Source: an uncultured bacterium
GTDB lineage: Bacteria > Bacillota_I > Bacilli_A > RFN20 > CAG-826
Length of the DNA stretch: 64,000 bases
Direction: 5' to 3'
Assembly: GCA_949299335.1 (NCBI GenBank)
Contig: CASGAD010000014.1
Span: forward strand, 183,186 to 247,185
How positions within the stretch are numbered: position 1 is the stretch's first letter; the number at the start of each line of letters is the position of its first letter. Positions 56,657 to 64,000 of the stretch are shown piece after piece. The notes under the pieces are model-generated. The model saw only the letters and a program-made list of their open reading frames with translations. It made no database searches and was not told the origin of the DNA. A program made the translations under genes and the position numbers.

Positions 56657-57595
56657 CTAATTTGAAGAATATAGTTTATTATCTTCTAAAGAATTTAATT
56701 CACGTATATACTCCATTAACCCCTCTTTATAAATTACCTCTTTCTTATTATCAAAGTAGTCATTAACAAATAAAGCTACAACTAAATAAACAAGTGAGGT
56801 TGCCCCTACTATTGAACCTAAGAAACTTAAAAAGTATCCTAAAGGTACATTTTGATATCCATTATATTCATAAAGGACATCTTTAGCGTTTACTAAATAG
56901 TAATCGCTACTTGAATTAGCATCTCCTCTAAATGTGTAATAGACTTCATTATCTATCACCTGACTTTTAATAATTCTATGAATAATTAACTGGTTATCTT
57001 TATTTTTATACCCGTAAATTCCATACATTTTTATTGAATAACTATCTTTTACTTTATTTAATCCAATTAATGAAAATTGCTTAATTTGATTATCCAATGA
57101 ATTAGTAACTAAGTATTCGTTACTTTCATTTTTACTATCCATTGATCCTGTTGCAATTGTTACATAAGTCACATCATTAATTGTATAAATAGAATTAGTT
57201 ACTTTAGAATAAATATTAAAAACTAAAACCCCAGTAAATAGAGCAATAAATAATACATCAAAGAATATTCTTAGCCCTTTAATTAACTTATTTTTATTTT
57301 TCCTAAGAACATAGACATTTTTTTCTTTAATGATTGGATGTTCTTCTGGAGTTAATCTTTCTTCACTATACCCATCTTTGCTATCAAAATATTGATAAAT
57401 AATTAATCTTGAATTAACGTTTACTTCTTCTTTAGTAAGCTTAATATCTTTAGTGTAATCGGAAATCATTTTATTTCTATTTCCCATTTTTTTAACACTA
57501 TAAAGGTATTCTTCTCTCATCACAAAAATAAGTAAACCTAAAACAATGGTTAACATTATAATTGCAAGTATAACAAGTAACGTTTCTTTACTCAT
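56657..57595 (-). CDS. Signal peptidase I, archaeal/SipW type (S26B), with an N-terminal two-TM extension
   Basis: 312 aa. The catalytic-region motifs are collinear with B. subtilis SipW: ATGSMDS (Ser), LIIHRIIK (His), TFRGDANSSSDY (Asp box). The C-terminal TM is PLGYFLSFLGSIVGATSLVYLVVALFV. Confidence 0.7.
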   Translation of the reverse strand: MSKETLLVILAIIMLTIVLGLLIFVMREEYLYSVKKMGNRNKMISDYTKDIKLTKEEVNVNSRLIIYQYFDSKDGYSEERLTPEEHPIIKEKNVYVLRKNKNKLIKGLRIFFDVLFIALFTGVLVFNIYSKVTNSIYTINDVTYVTIATGSMDSKNESNEYLVTNSLDNQIKQFSLIGLNKVKDSYSIKMYGIYGYKNKDNQLIIHRIIKSQVIDNEVYYTFRGDANSSSDYYLVNAKDVLYEYNGYQNVPLGYFLSFLGSIVGATSLVYLVVALFVNDYFDNKKEVIYKEGLMEYIRELNSLEDNKLYSSN

Positions 57596-57609
57596 AGCAA
57601 AAAGTCTTT

Positions 57610-57792
57610 CTAAAGAGTAGATTCATCAAAAGTATTATCTTCAATAGAATTATTCTCTTCTTCATCAAAGCCTATTTCAGGAATGACTTCTTTTTCGACA
57701 GTTTCTGGCGCTACGCCAGAAACATGCCGAATAGAATATCCAATTCCTACAATAGCTGAAATTATTAGTATAGGAATTAATAGTTTTTTCAT
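57610..57792 (-). CDS. Small exported protein: hydrophobic N-terminus with shared VGxGY..H.SG motif plus an acidic tail
   Basis: 60 aa: MKKLLIPILIISAIVGIGYSIRHVSGVAPE...FDEEENNSIEDNTFDESTL. Its N-terminal motif matches that of the upstream 1019-aa protein (8 of 12 positions). ATG start, no clear SD. Confidence 0.5.
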   Translation of the reverse strand: MKKLLIPILIISAIVGIGYSIRHVSGVAPETVEKEVIPEIGFDEEENNSIEDNTFDESTL

Positions 57793-57795
57793 AGA

Positions 57796-60700
57796 TTATT
57801 TATATAAGGCTATATTAAGAATGACTATTCTCTTTCCAGATGTGATTTTTAGAACATTTGAGTTAATATCATCAAAAGTATAAGTTACCACTGAATTTTT
57901 TGCTTCGGTAATTGTTTTTGATTGATCGTTTATAGATAAATAATTTCTCGAAGTATCCCAAACAGCAAATTTAATCTCTACTTTTTTCACTGTTTCATTA
58001 AGGGCTAATGTAAAGGAGCCAGCATCACCACTTTTTCCCATTTTAAGACCAGGATTTCCACTACTTGGTTTATAGACAGCAGATGGTTCAACAAGTTTAC
58101 TATTTTCTTCATCTATCATCTCTTGATTATCAGTTTTTTCTTTTAAATATTCAATTAAACCTTCAGCATTCAATGAACTATTAACGTAACCGTCAGTATC
58201 AATTGAATCATTTAATTCGCCAAAATTAATCTTTCCATAACTAACTGTAGTACTAGCGATGATATTTAAAGTAATTACATCAGAATAAATAGGATTATCC
58301 CCAATGGTTGCAAGTTTAAGAGTTACTGTTCCAGCTACATCACCAGCAGTAATTTCTCCATTTTCAACTGTAACTAAATCACCACCTTCAATTATTTCAA
58401 CATTAACATCTTGGCTAGCGCCAAATGGCTTAACTTCATAAGAAAGTGATATTGTTTCGCCAGTTTCGATATCATATGTATCAACTCCATTTAAATCTAT
58501 TGACTCTGGAGCGAGTTCCTTTACATTCACTTTTGTCGCATAAATATTTAAATAATTATCACCAGCAAAGTTTTTAATATATCCTTCAAATTCATATGCT
58601 TTGCCATCAACAAAACCATCAGTGTAAATTTCTGTATTGGAGATTCCAATTTGTTTTTCAGTACCTTCAATAAATAAATTAACGAATTCCCCATTTTTGG
58701 TACACACTCCCATGCCTTTAACAAATTCATGTTTTGCACCTATATCAGAACTCTCTAAATAGTCCTTATCAACAATTACTGGATTAGTTGGTAAAGTTAC
58801 TGGGTCAATTCCTTCAAGTTTTGAGATTTCACTAACCTTAATCTCGATAATGCCGTTATATGTTGTTTTTTCACCTTTAACAGCAACTACATCATTAATA
58901 TTTATACCATCATCGATAATTCCAACATATTGATAACAATAAATATAATTTGTTCCATCAGAAATCACCGCCATTCCATCTTTTTCACTTATTGCATGGA
59001 CTGTCCCGGCAACTGAAACTATTGTAGAATCGACTTGATTTATAGCTTCATCAATTGTAGAAACATTTAACTCTGTTTTTATAGTAACTTCATTAGTTCC
59101 TTCAACAACATTGATAGTATATAGCCCTTCCTCTTCAGTTAAATCTGTGCCATTATAGGAAACAGTTGTTAATTTATAAAAATCATTTGGTGTAACACTA
59201 AGTTTTAAAATAGTGCCTTCATTAACTTCTGTACCTTCAACATATTCTTCTCCACTTTCATAATATAGGTTATAAATGCAATTAGTTGCTGAAGTAGTTA
59301 CAACTCCTTTTTTAGCGACTTCTTTTTCTTTAAATGTTACTTCTACAACATTATCACCTTTTACTGCTTCAAATGTAACTACTTGATTCTCAACAGTTAA
59401 AGGGGTTTCACTATTTAATAACACTTGGTCAATTTCATAGTTATCGTAAGGCGTAATGCTAATGGTAACTTGGTCGCCTGCCATATATAATTTTCTATCA
59501 TATGTTATGTTACCTTGTTCTTCATTATATTTAACAGAAACTAAAGCAACAGAATCATAATACTTATCATAGTCAACAAATTCACCGACATAATTTTCAC
59601 CATCTTTTTCGCCAGTCAATGCATATAAATTTAGTGAACTATCAAAATTTGTCAAAGAAATATCAACTGTTTGAGATTTTTTATCAAATATTCCAGTTTC
59701 TTTGTCTAAAGTGCCAGTTGAAAGGATGATATTATCATAATCACTTGTAACTAAATTAAATGTATACAAATTTGCTCCATCCATTGCAGCATCGTATGAA
59801 ACAAATGTTATTTCTTGTCCAGGGAAATCTCCGTTATTGGTTTCATCATTCCAAGCATATACATAAGCCTTTGAGCCCATATAATTAAGACCGTTTAAGT
59901 CTTTAAAAAACATGGTTGTAGCTATTTTATAATCGAAAGTATAAGTTGCATCTTTTTCAAAGGTATAAGTTTTTGCATAAACTCTACCGATAGCTCGCCC
60001 ATTACTCTCATCTAACTCAATAGTTTCTTCAGTAGTTTTATCACCAACTTTCTTATAAATAGTTAATTCATTGTTATTTAATAATTGATTGTCACCAGTT
60101 ACTTCAAGAGTAATTTCATGATCTCCAGCAGTAACTTTACCATTACTCATGCCTTCAATTGAGAAAGTAGATCCTTCCACTGTAGGAATAGTAATTTCAC
60201 CCGTTTCATCTAATGATGGAGGAGTAACTTCATTACCTACTTCAAATTTAAAAGTAAATTTTACACCATTTAAAGCTGCAATTAATGCATCGTAATTAGC
60301 TTCTTGCTCTTCAACAGTTAATCCCTTCCAAGCTATTTCAGGATTTTGATTACCTAATTCATCAGACCAACTAAATGTCAAAGCTACAGCATAACCACTA
60401 ACTTTACAAGTTGAATCTAACCATGTTTTATAATCAATAATTTGTGTTTCTGGCAATTTAACATACTTATAAAAGTCATCTTCGCTGCTAAGCTCTCCAC
60501 TATCATCTTTTGCAATAGTTGTGATTTTTAAATTTGGAATATATTCTTCAGCGATTCCATCATAATTAGTTAAATCATAAGGGTCTCTTGTACTACCACT
60601 GTTAGCAAAAGCCTTAACAGTATACTTTACAGTTAAATCTTCATCCGCAACACCATCAAAGTTAATAGTATTGTCCCCGTCTAATGGGGTTACTTCAATA

Positions 60701-60855
60701 TAACCAAAATTCTTATCAACTTCAGTTTCAATCCCAGGCGTTAACTCTGATTCGGTTCCTACAAATCCTCCACTAATGTGCCACATTGCATAGCCAGTAC
60801 CTACTAAAGCACCAACACTAAGAACGCCTAATAATGTTTTTGCAGTTTTTTTCAT
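57796..60855 (-). CDS. Giant surface protein (non-lipoprotein signal) with InlB-B-repeat-like, OB-like and Big_2 domains
   Basis: The ATG at 60853-60855 (MKKTAKTLLGVLSVGALVGTGYAMWHISGG) has GGGGAG 5 nt upstream. The track start at 60861 is GTG. No lipobox Cys. The OB-like segment is VSVAGTVHAISEKDGMAVISDGTNYIYCY...VVAVKGEKTTYNGIIEI. The Big_2 domain is GETISLSYEVKPFGASQDVNVEIIEGGDLVTVENGEITAGDVAGTVTLKL. Confidence 0.75.
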   Translation of the reverse strand: MKKTAKTLLGVLSVGALVGTGYAMWHISGGFVGTESELTPGIETEVDKNFGYIEVTPLDGDNTINFDGVADEDLTVKYTVKAFANSGSTRDPYDLTNYDGIAEEYIPNLKITTIAKDDSGELSSEDDFYKYVKLPETQIIDYKTWLDSTCKVSGYAVALTFSWSDELGNQNPEIAWKGLTVEEQEANYDALIAALNGVKFTFKFEVGNEVTPPSLDETGEITIPTVEGSTFSIEGMSNGKVTAGDHEITLEVTGDNQLLNNNELTIYKKVGDKTTEETIELDESNGRAIGRVYAKTYTFEKDATYTFDYKIATTMFFKDLNGLNYMGSKAYVYAWNDETNNGDFPGQEITFVSYDAAMDGANLYTFNLVTSDYDNIILSTGTLDKETGIFDKKSQTVDISLTNFDSSLNLYALTGEKDGENYVGEFVDYDKYYDSVALVSVKYNEEQGNITYDRKLYMAGDQVTISITPYDNYEIDQVLLNSETPLTVENQVVTFEAVKGDNVVEVTFKEKEVAKKGVVTTSATNCIYNLYYESGEEYVEGTEVNEGTILKLSVTPNDFYKLTTVSYNGTDLTEEEGLYTINVVEGTNEVTIKTELNVSTIDEAINQVDSTIVSVAGTVHAISEKDGMAVISDGTNYIYCYQYVGIIDDGININDVVAVKGEKTTYNGIIEIKVSEISKLEGIDPVTLPTNPVIVDKDYLESSDIGAKHEFVKGMGVCTKNGEFVNLFIEGTEKQIGISNTEIYTDGFVDGKAYEFEGYIKNFAGDNYLNIYATKVNVKELAPESIDLNGVDTYDIETGETISLSYEVKPFGASQDVNVEIIEGGDLVTVENGEITAGDVAGTVTLKLATIGDNPIYSDVITLNIIASTTVSYGKINFGELNDSIDTDGYVNSSLNAEGLIEYLKEKTDNQEMIDEENSKLVEPSAVYKPSSGNPGLKMGKSGDAGSFTLALNETVKKVEIKFAVWDTSRNYLSINDQSKTITEAKNSVVTYTFDDINSNVLKITSGKRIVILNIALYK

Positions 60856-60910
60856 AATCACTCCCCATATGTCATTATCTTGAGTATTTTTCGTTACGAA
60901 TAAATACTAA

Positions 60911-60945
60911 AAAAGAGAAAAAAAGCCGCCTAAAAAGGCGACTTT
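60911..60945 (-). terminator. Intrinsic terminator, minus-strand oriented
   Basis: Minus-strand RNA is AAAGUCGCC-UUUUUA-GGCGGCUUU followed by UUUUCUCUUUUUU. The single imperfect position is a G-U wobble on the minus strand but a C-A mismatch on the plus strand, which fixes the orientation. Confidence 0.75.
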
Positions 60946-60982
60946 ACCTACACATTTTTGAGTAAATTACTCGATTCGCTCT

Positions 60983-60995
60983 TATATATATATAT
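60983..60995. repeat. (TA)6 dinucleotide microsatellite in the intergenic spacer
   Basis: TATATATATATAT is read directly. It is flanked by CGCTC...GAGCG, which could pair around it. Confidence 0.8.
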
Positions 60996-61204
60996 GGAAT
61001 ATTACGTCTGAGCGTTAATGAAAAGGAATCTTTTTTTCTCATAAATTTATTTTACTCTAGTAAGTTATGTTTTTAAAGTTAAATTAAGTAATCAAGTGTA
61101 AATATTTCCTAAAGCTTATTTTTTAAAAGTTATAAATAGTTTCGATTAAATCATGGTTTTAATGCAGATTTACTTATTAATCACTAAATAAATCTTATAA
61201 AAAG

Positions 61205-62131
61205 TTATTTAACTAATAATGATTTAACTTCTTTAAGATACTCACTTTTATTTAAATATATTTTATTAGAGTTTTTATCTACCATCATGATATTAATTAA
61301 TGCATCATGTAATGGAGATTCTTTTTTAGATAAAATCATATATGAATATGAGATTAAAGGAATAATAAATAAAGATAATATTCCTAAAATAAACTCAATA
61401 ACATATATAAATAAAAATCTAAAGATAAATTCTTTAGTCGATAGACTAACTCCATTAGAATTAATTAATCCTACTTTAAATATTTTCATAGATAGAGTGG
61501 CGTGATCACGCTTAAAAATTAAAGGAAATACTAAGTAAATTATTAAGCCACTAATAAGTAAAGAGAATGATATTAAAGATAAATTAATTAAAACTATTTT
61601 TTGAGTAATACTAGTATATAAAGGTAAAGAATATAAAGTAGGCAAAGCGTAACCTAGATATTCCTCTTTATAAAAATCTAAATAAACACTATCTTTAATG
61701 TTATTTTCACTCCTAATAATTTCATCTTCTACTTTAATAAATAAGTTAACTTCATTTTCTTTAGCGTTTAATTTTCTAGTTTCATACTCTTTTAAATAAT
61801 CACTACTTGTATTAATGGTTTCGTTAGTAAATTTATAAAACTTAGTGATTGCTACTTCTAACGCTTCACTTTTTTCATTAATAGTTAAAGAATCATCATT
61901 TTCAAGTTTAACTAATATTTCTTCGTTATCAATAAATAAGTTAGACTCATTTTTTAAACTAATTAAAGATTCGTTATCATTTTGAAAACTAGATGAAGAA
62001 ACATATGTTCCTAGACTAATTAAACTAAGAGTCAAGGTTAAAAAGATTAGAAAGAAAATATCTAATAAACTAATAAAGGTACGCTTAATTAAGCCTACTC
62101 TTTTATAATGAATCACTTTTTCTATCATCAA
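61205..62131 (-). CDS. RDD-family membrane protein with a large extracytoplasmic insert
   Basis: 308 aa. TM1 region is LIKRTFISLLDIFFLIFL. About 130 hydrophilic aa follow. C-terminal TMs carry ATLSMKIFKVGLIN and SPLHDALINIMMVD. It overlaps the upstream paralog by 29 nt. Confidence 0.6.
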   Translation of the reverse strand: MMIEKVIHYKRVGLIKRTFISLLDIFFLIFLTLTLSLISLGTYVSSSSFQNDNESLISLKNESNLFIDNEEILVKLENDDSLTINEKSEALEVAITKFYKFTNETINTSSDYLKEYETRKLNAKENEVNLFIKVEDEIIRSENNIKDSVYLDFYKEEYLGYALPTLYSLPLYTSITQKIVLINLSLISFSLLISGLIIYLVFPLIFKRDHATLSMKIFKVGLINSNGVSLSTKEFIFRFLFIYVIEFILGILSLFIIPLISYSYMILSKKESPLHDALINIMMVDKNSNKIYLNKSEYLKEVKSLLVK

Positions 62132-63248
62132 TAATCACCTTAGTTTCATCTAGTAAAATTGCTTTACTTATCTTTTCTTCAAAAGTTTGATTTAATGGTT
62201 TAATTAAACATAGTAATAAAGAAAAAATATATAGTAAAACTGTAAAAAGTAAAATAAATAATAAGTAATAAACATTATTAATTTCATTAAATAAAATTAA
62301 GCTCATACTATTGCCTAAACTTAAGTAACCACTAAATAAAATAGTGGAATAAAAAATAACTACTCTAATTAAATTAAGTGAAGTTAAAGAAATTATTTTA
62401 CTTTTATTTTTAAATTCATAACTAGATTTAAAAACAATCATTGAGATAGTTTTTTTACTTTTTAAACATAATGGAAGCAAAATAAAATATAAAAAGTAAC
62501 TAATTAAATAACTAACTGATAAAGTAATTAAATTATAATTTTTTCCTACATTTGCATAGTTTTCTAAATTTTTTAAGGAGTTTATATAAGTTATATTATT
62601 AGTTATTAAATCATTAGAGGCTTCACTAAAAGTTTTTTGAATTAGCTCTAAAACATCTTCTTTTAGCTCTTCATTAGAGTTAGTTTCATTAAAAATATTG
62701 TCTCCAATTTTTAAAGCTACATCTTCTTTTAATAAGTAATAACTATTATCAAAAGTAAAATAATCGCTATTAATAAATGATGTAATATAACTATCTGGAT
62801 CAAAGTTAGCACTATTTAAATATATATCTAAATTATTTAATTTATAGTCATGATAATAAAGATATATGGCATCATTTTCTTTAGTTAAATTAATTACTTT
62901 AAAAAAATCTGTACCTGGAAAATTATCTTCACTTAAAGAAGATTTTACTAGCATCATTAAGTAAGATTCATTATTAAAATTAGAAAGATGAGAAGCTTCT
63001 ATAACACTTTCATTTTCTTCATAACTTTCATAAAATAAAGCGGAGTTTTCTTTCACATTAGGTAAGTTATTTGTTATGAAGTTATTAGAAAAAATATTTA
63101 TGATTGTCGTAAACACGACAATCATAAAAAAGTCTAATAAATACGATATTACCTTCTTTTTTACGGAAGTTACTTCGTAAGAAAAAGATAAATTACTCTT
63201 ATTAGATTCTATCGATTGTGAGATTGATTCCTTCTTCATTTGTTCCAT
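62103..63248 (-). CDS. RDD-like membrane protein with a large extracytoplasmic insert
   Basis: 381 aa. TM1 region is KKKVISYLLDFFMIVVF (Lys replaces the usual Arg). About 190 hydrophilic aa follow, then three TMs. It has the same architecture as 42076..43086. Confidence 0.55.
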   Translation of the reverse strand: MEQMKKESISQSIESNKSNLSFSYEVTSVKKKVISYLLDFFMIVVFTTIINIFSNNFITNNLPNVKENSALFYESYEENESVIEASHLSNFNNESYLMMLVKSSLSEDNFPGTDFFKVINLTKENDAIYLYYHDYKLNNLDIYLNSANFDPDSYITSFINSDYFTFDNSYYLLKEDVALKIGDNIFNETNSNEELKEDVLELIQKTFSEASNDLITNNITYINSLKNLENYANVGKNYNLITLSVSYLISYFLYFILLPLCLKSKKTISMIVFKSSYEFKNKSKIISLTSLNLIRVVIFYSTILFSGYLSLGNSMSLILFNEINNVYYLLFILLFTVLLYIFSLLLCLIKPLNQTFEEKISKAILLDETKVIIDDRKSDSL

Positions 63249-64000
63249 TTATTGTGATTACGTAATTCATTTCACTACCATCATTAAATTTGCCATTAGT
63301 AAAGTATTTACTTTGATTAGTAGCACTAAAAGCATAACCATCAGATTTATTTTTAGTATATAAATCGTTGTCATTAGCACCTCTTTTACCATAAAGAGTC
63401 TCATTTTGAGAACTAACTAATTCAATTAAAGCTTCACCATCTTTATTTCTAGAAGTATCGTTTGGTGAATTGGTGTGACTAATAACTGTCCAAGAGGCAG
63501 CGGTATCAGTACCACTATATCCAGGAATTGAAGTTAAATTTGTATCTGTGATATAACTACCAAATTCATAGCTTATTTGTCCAAAGAAATTCATTGAAGC
63601 GTTAAAGATAGCGAGTCTAGCATCTACATGATATATACGTAAACCACTTTCTTTAAAAAAGTATGGATAAGAGCTAGTTATTCCTCCATATTTACTTTCA
63701 CTATCTTGCTTAAATAATCCTTCTGGAGTGTAATATTCTACTATTATATATTCACTAAATGCTGAACCATTATAAGTTCCACTAGGAAGAATGATTGAAT
63801 CGTAACTAGTTGCAAATGGTTTTAAAGTTAATGTTTCTTTTTCATCAATAACCATTGCTTTAGTCCAGCCTAAAGCGTATTTAGAAAAGGCATCATGATC
63901 TCCGATATTTAAATCCATCATATCAAGTTGGCCAGTATATGAATATTGGTTATTATTAGCATAATCATAGTAATCATCTAATCCTAGCATATGCCCTGTT
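63202..64000 (-). CDS. Zinc metalloprotease-like protein (M6/InhA-like), N-terminal part outside the window
   Basis: The frame is open to the window edge (codons ...T-G-H before MLGLDDYYDY). The sequence GHMLGLDDYYD looks like the tail of an HExxH..GL.D.Y zincin motif. Later segments MMDLNIGDHDAFSKYALGW and GLRIYHVDARL resemble M6-domain landmarks. This is recalled from memory, not searched. Confidence 0.45.
   Translation of the reverse strand, partial: TGHMLGLDDYYDYANNNQYSYTGQLDMMDLNIGDHDAFSKYALGWTKAMVIDEKETLTLKPFATSYDSIILPSGTYNGSAFSEYIIVEYYTPEGLFKQDSESKYGGITSSYPYFFKESGLRIYHVDARLAIFNASMNFFGQISYEFGSYITDTNLTSIPGYSGTDTAASWTVISHTNSPNDTSRNKDGEALIELVSSQNETLYGKRGANDNDLYTKNKSDGYAFSATNQSKYFTNGKFNDGSEMNYVITINGTNEEGINLTIDRI

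Noticed and set aside
60911-60945. The hairpin upstream of the giant surface-protein gene as a riboswitch or T-box expression platform.
   Set aside because: I found no recognisable aptamer or specifier structure, and no evident alternative antiterminator pairing in the preceding 250 nt. The simplest reading is the terminator of the upstream RDD operon. The attenuator idea is kept only as a low-interest note.
1-64000. Use of the Mycoplasma/Spiroplasma genetic code (TGA as Trp), given the mycoplasma-like lipoproteins and AT-richness.
   Set aside because: ORFs up to 1047 codons are uninterrupted under the standard code and contain TGG-encoded Trp at conserved positions. No TGA read-through is needed anywhere.
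1-64000. A mobile element, prophage, CRISPR array, tRNA/rRNA genes, or a canonical defence system (restriction-modification, toxin-antitoxin, Cas, abortive infection).
   Set aside because: I recognised no integrase, transposase, recombinase, Cas or methyltransferase motifs in any frame. There are no regularly spaced repeats. The intergenic regions are short, AT-rich and lack tRNA-like GC-rich stems. Absence is judged by eye only.

Overview
This window is low-GC (roughly 29% by eye). Long ORFs are intact under the standard genetic code and Trp is TGG, so it is not a code-4 mycoplasma. Eleven ORFs start with a signal peptide plus a lipobox Cys, and nearly all genes are on the minus strand. By inference this fits an Acholeplasma-like, wall-less low-GC Firmicute.

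Three blocks are visible.

(i) 1-16.1 kb is maltodextrin utilisation. It holds a MalEFG-type ABC importer with an oversized MalK-like ATPase, a GH13 lipoprotein, three GH77 4-alpha-glucanotransferase paralogs and two cytosolic GH13 paralogs.

(ii) 16.1-27.1 kb holds a membrane-anchored, domain-permuted GH3 enzyme. It also holds an L-rhamnose cluster: GH78 rhamnosidase, rhaA, a DeoR regulator, rhaB and rhaD.

(iii) 27.2-64 kb is a long co-directional array of surface proteins and transporters. The surface proteins are two endonuclease-I lipoproteins, one SNase lipoprotein, a 5'-nucleotidase lipoprotein and giant Big_2/OB-like surface proteins. The array also carries two CUT1-type ABC importers whose ATPases have unusual insertions, two pairs of RDD-family membrane proteins and a SipW-type signal peptidase cassette.

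I saw no rRNA, tRNA, CRISPR, transposase, integrase or phage genes.

The most interesting candidates are these:
- The SipW-like peptidase lies next to two proteins that share a non-lipoprotein N-terminal motif.
- The nuclease plus ABC-importer island appears dedicated to nucleic-acid scavenging.
- The ABC ATPases carry a zinc ribbon with tandem repeats, a helical-subdomain insertion, or a coiled-coil extension.
- RDD gene pairs with large ectodomains recur twice.

All functional calls come from motif recognition by eye. No database search was run.
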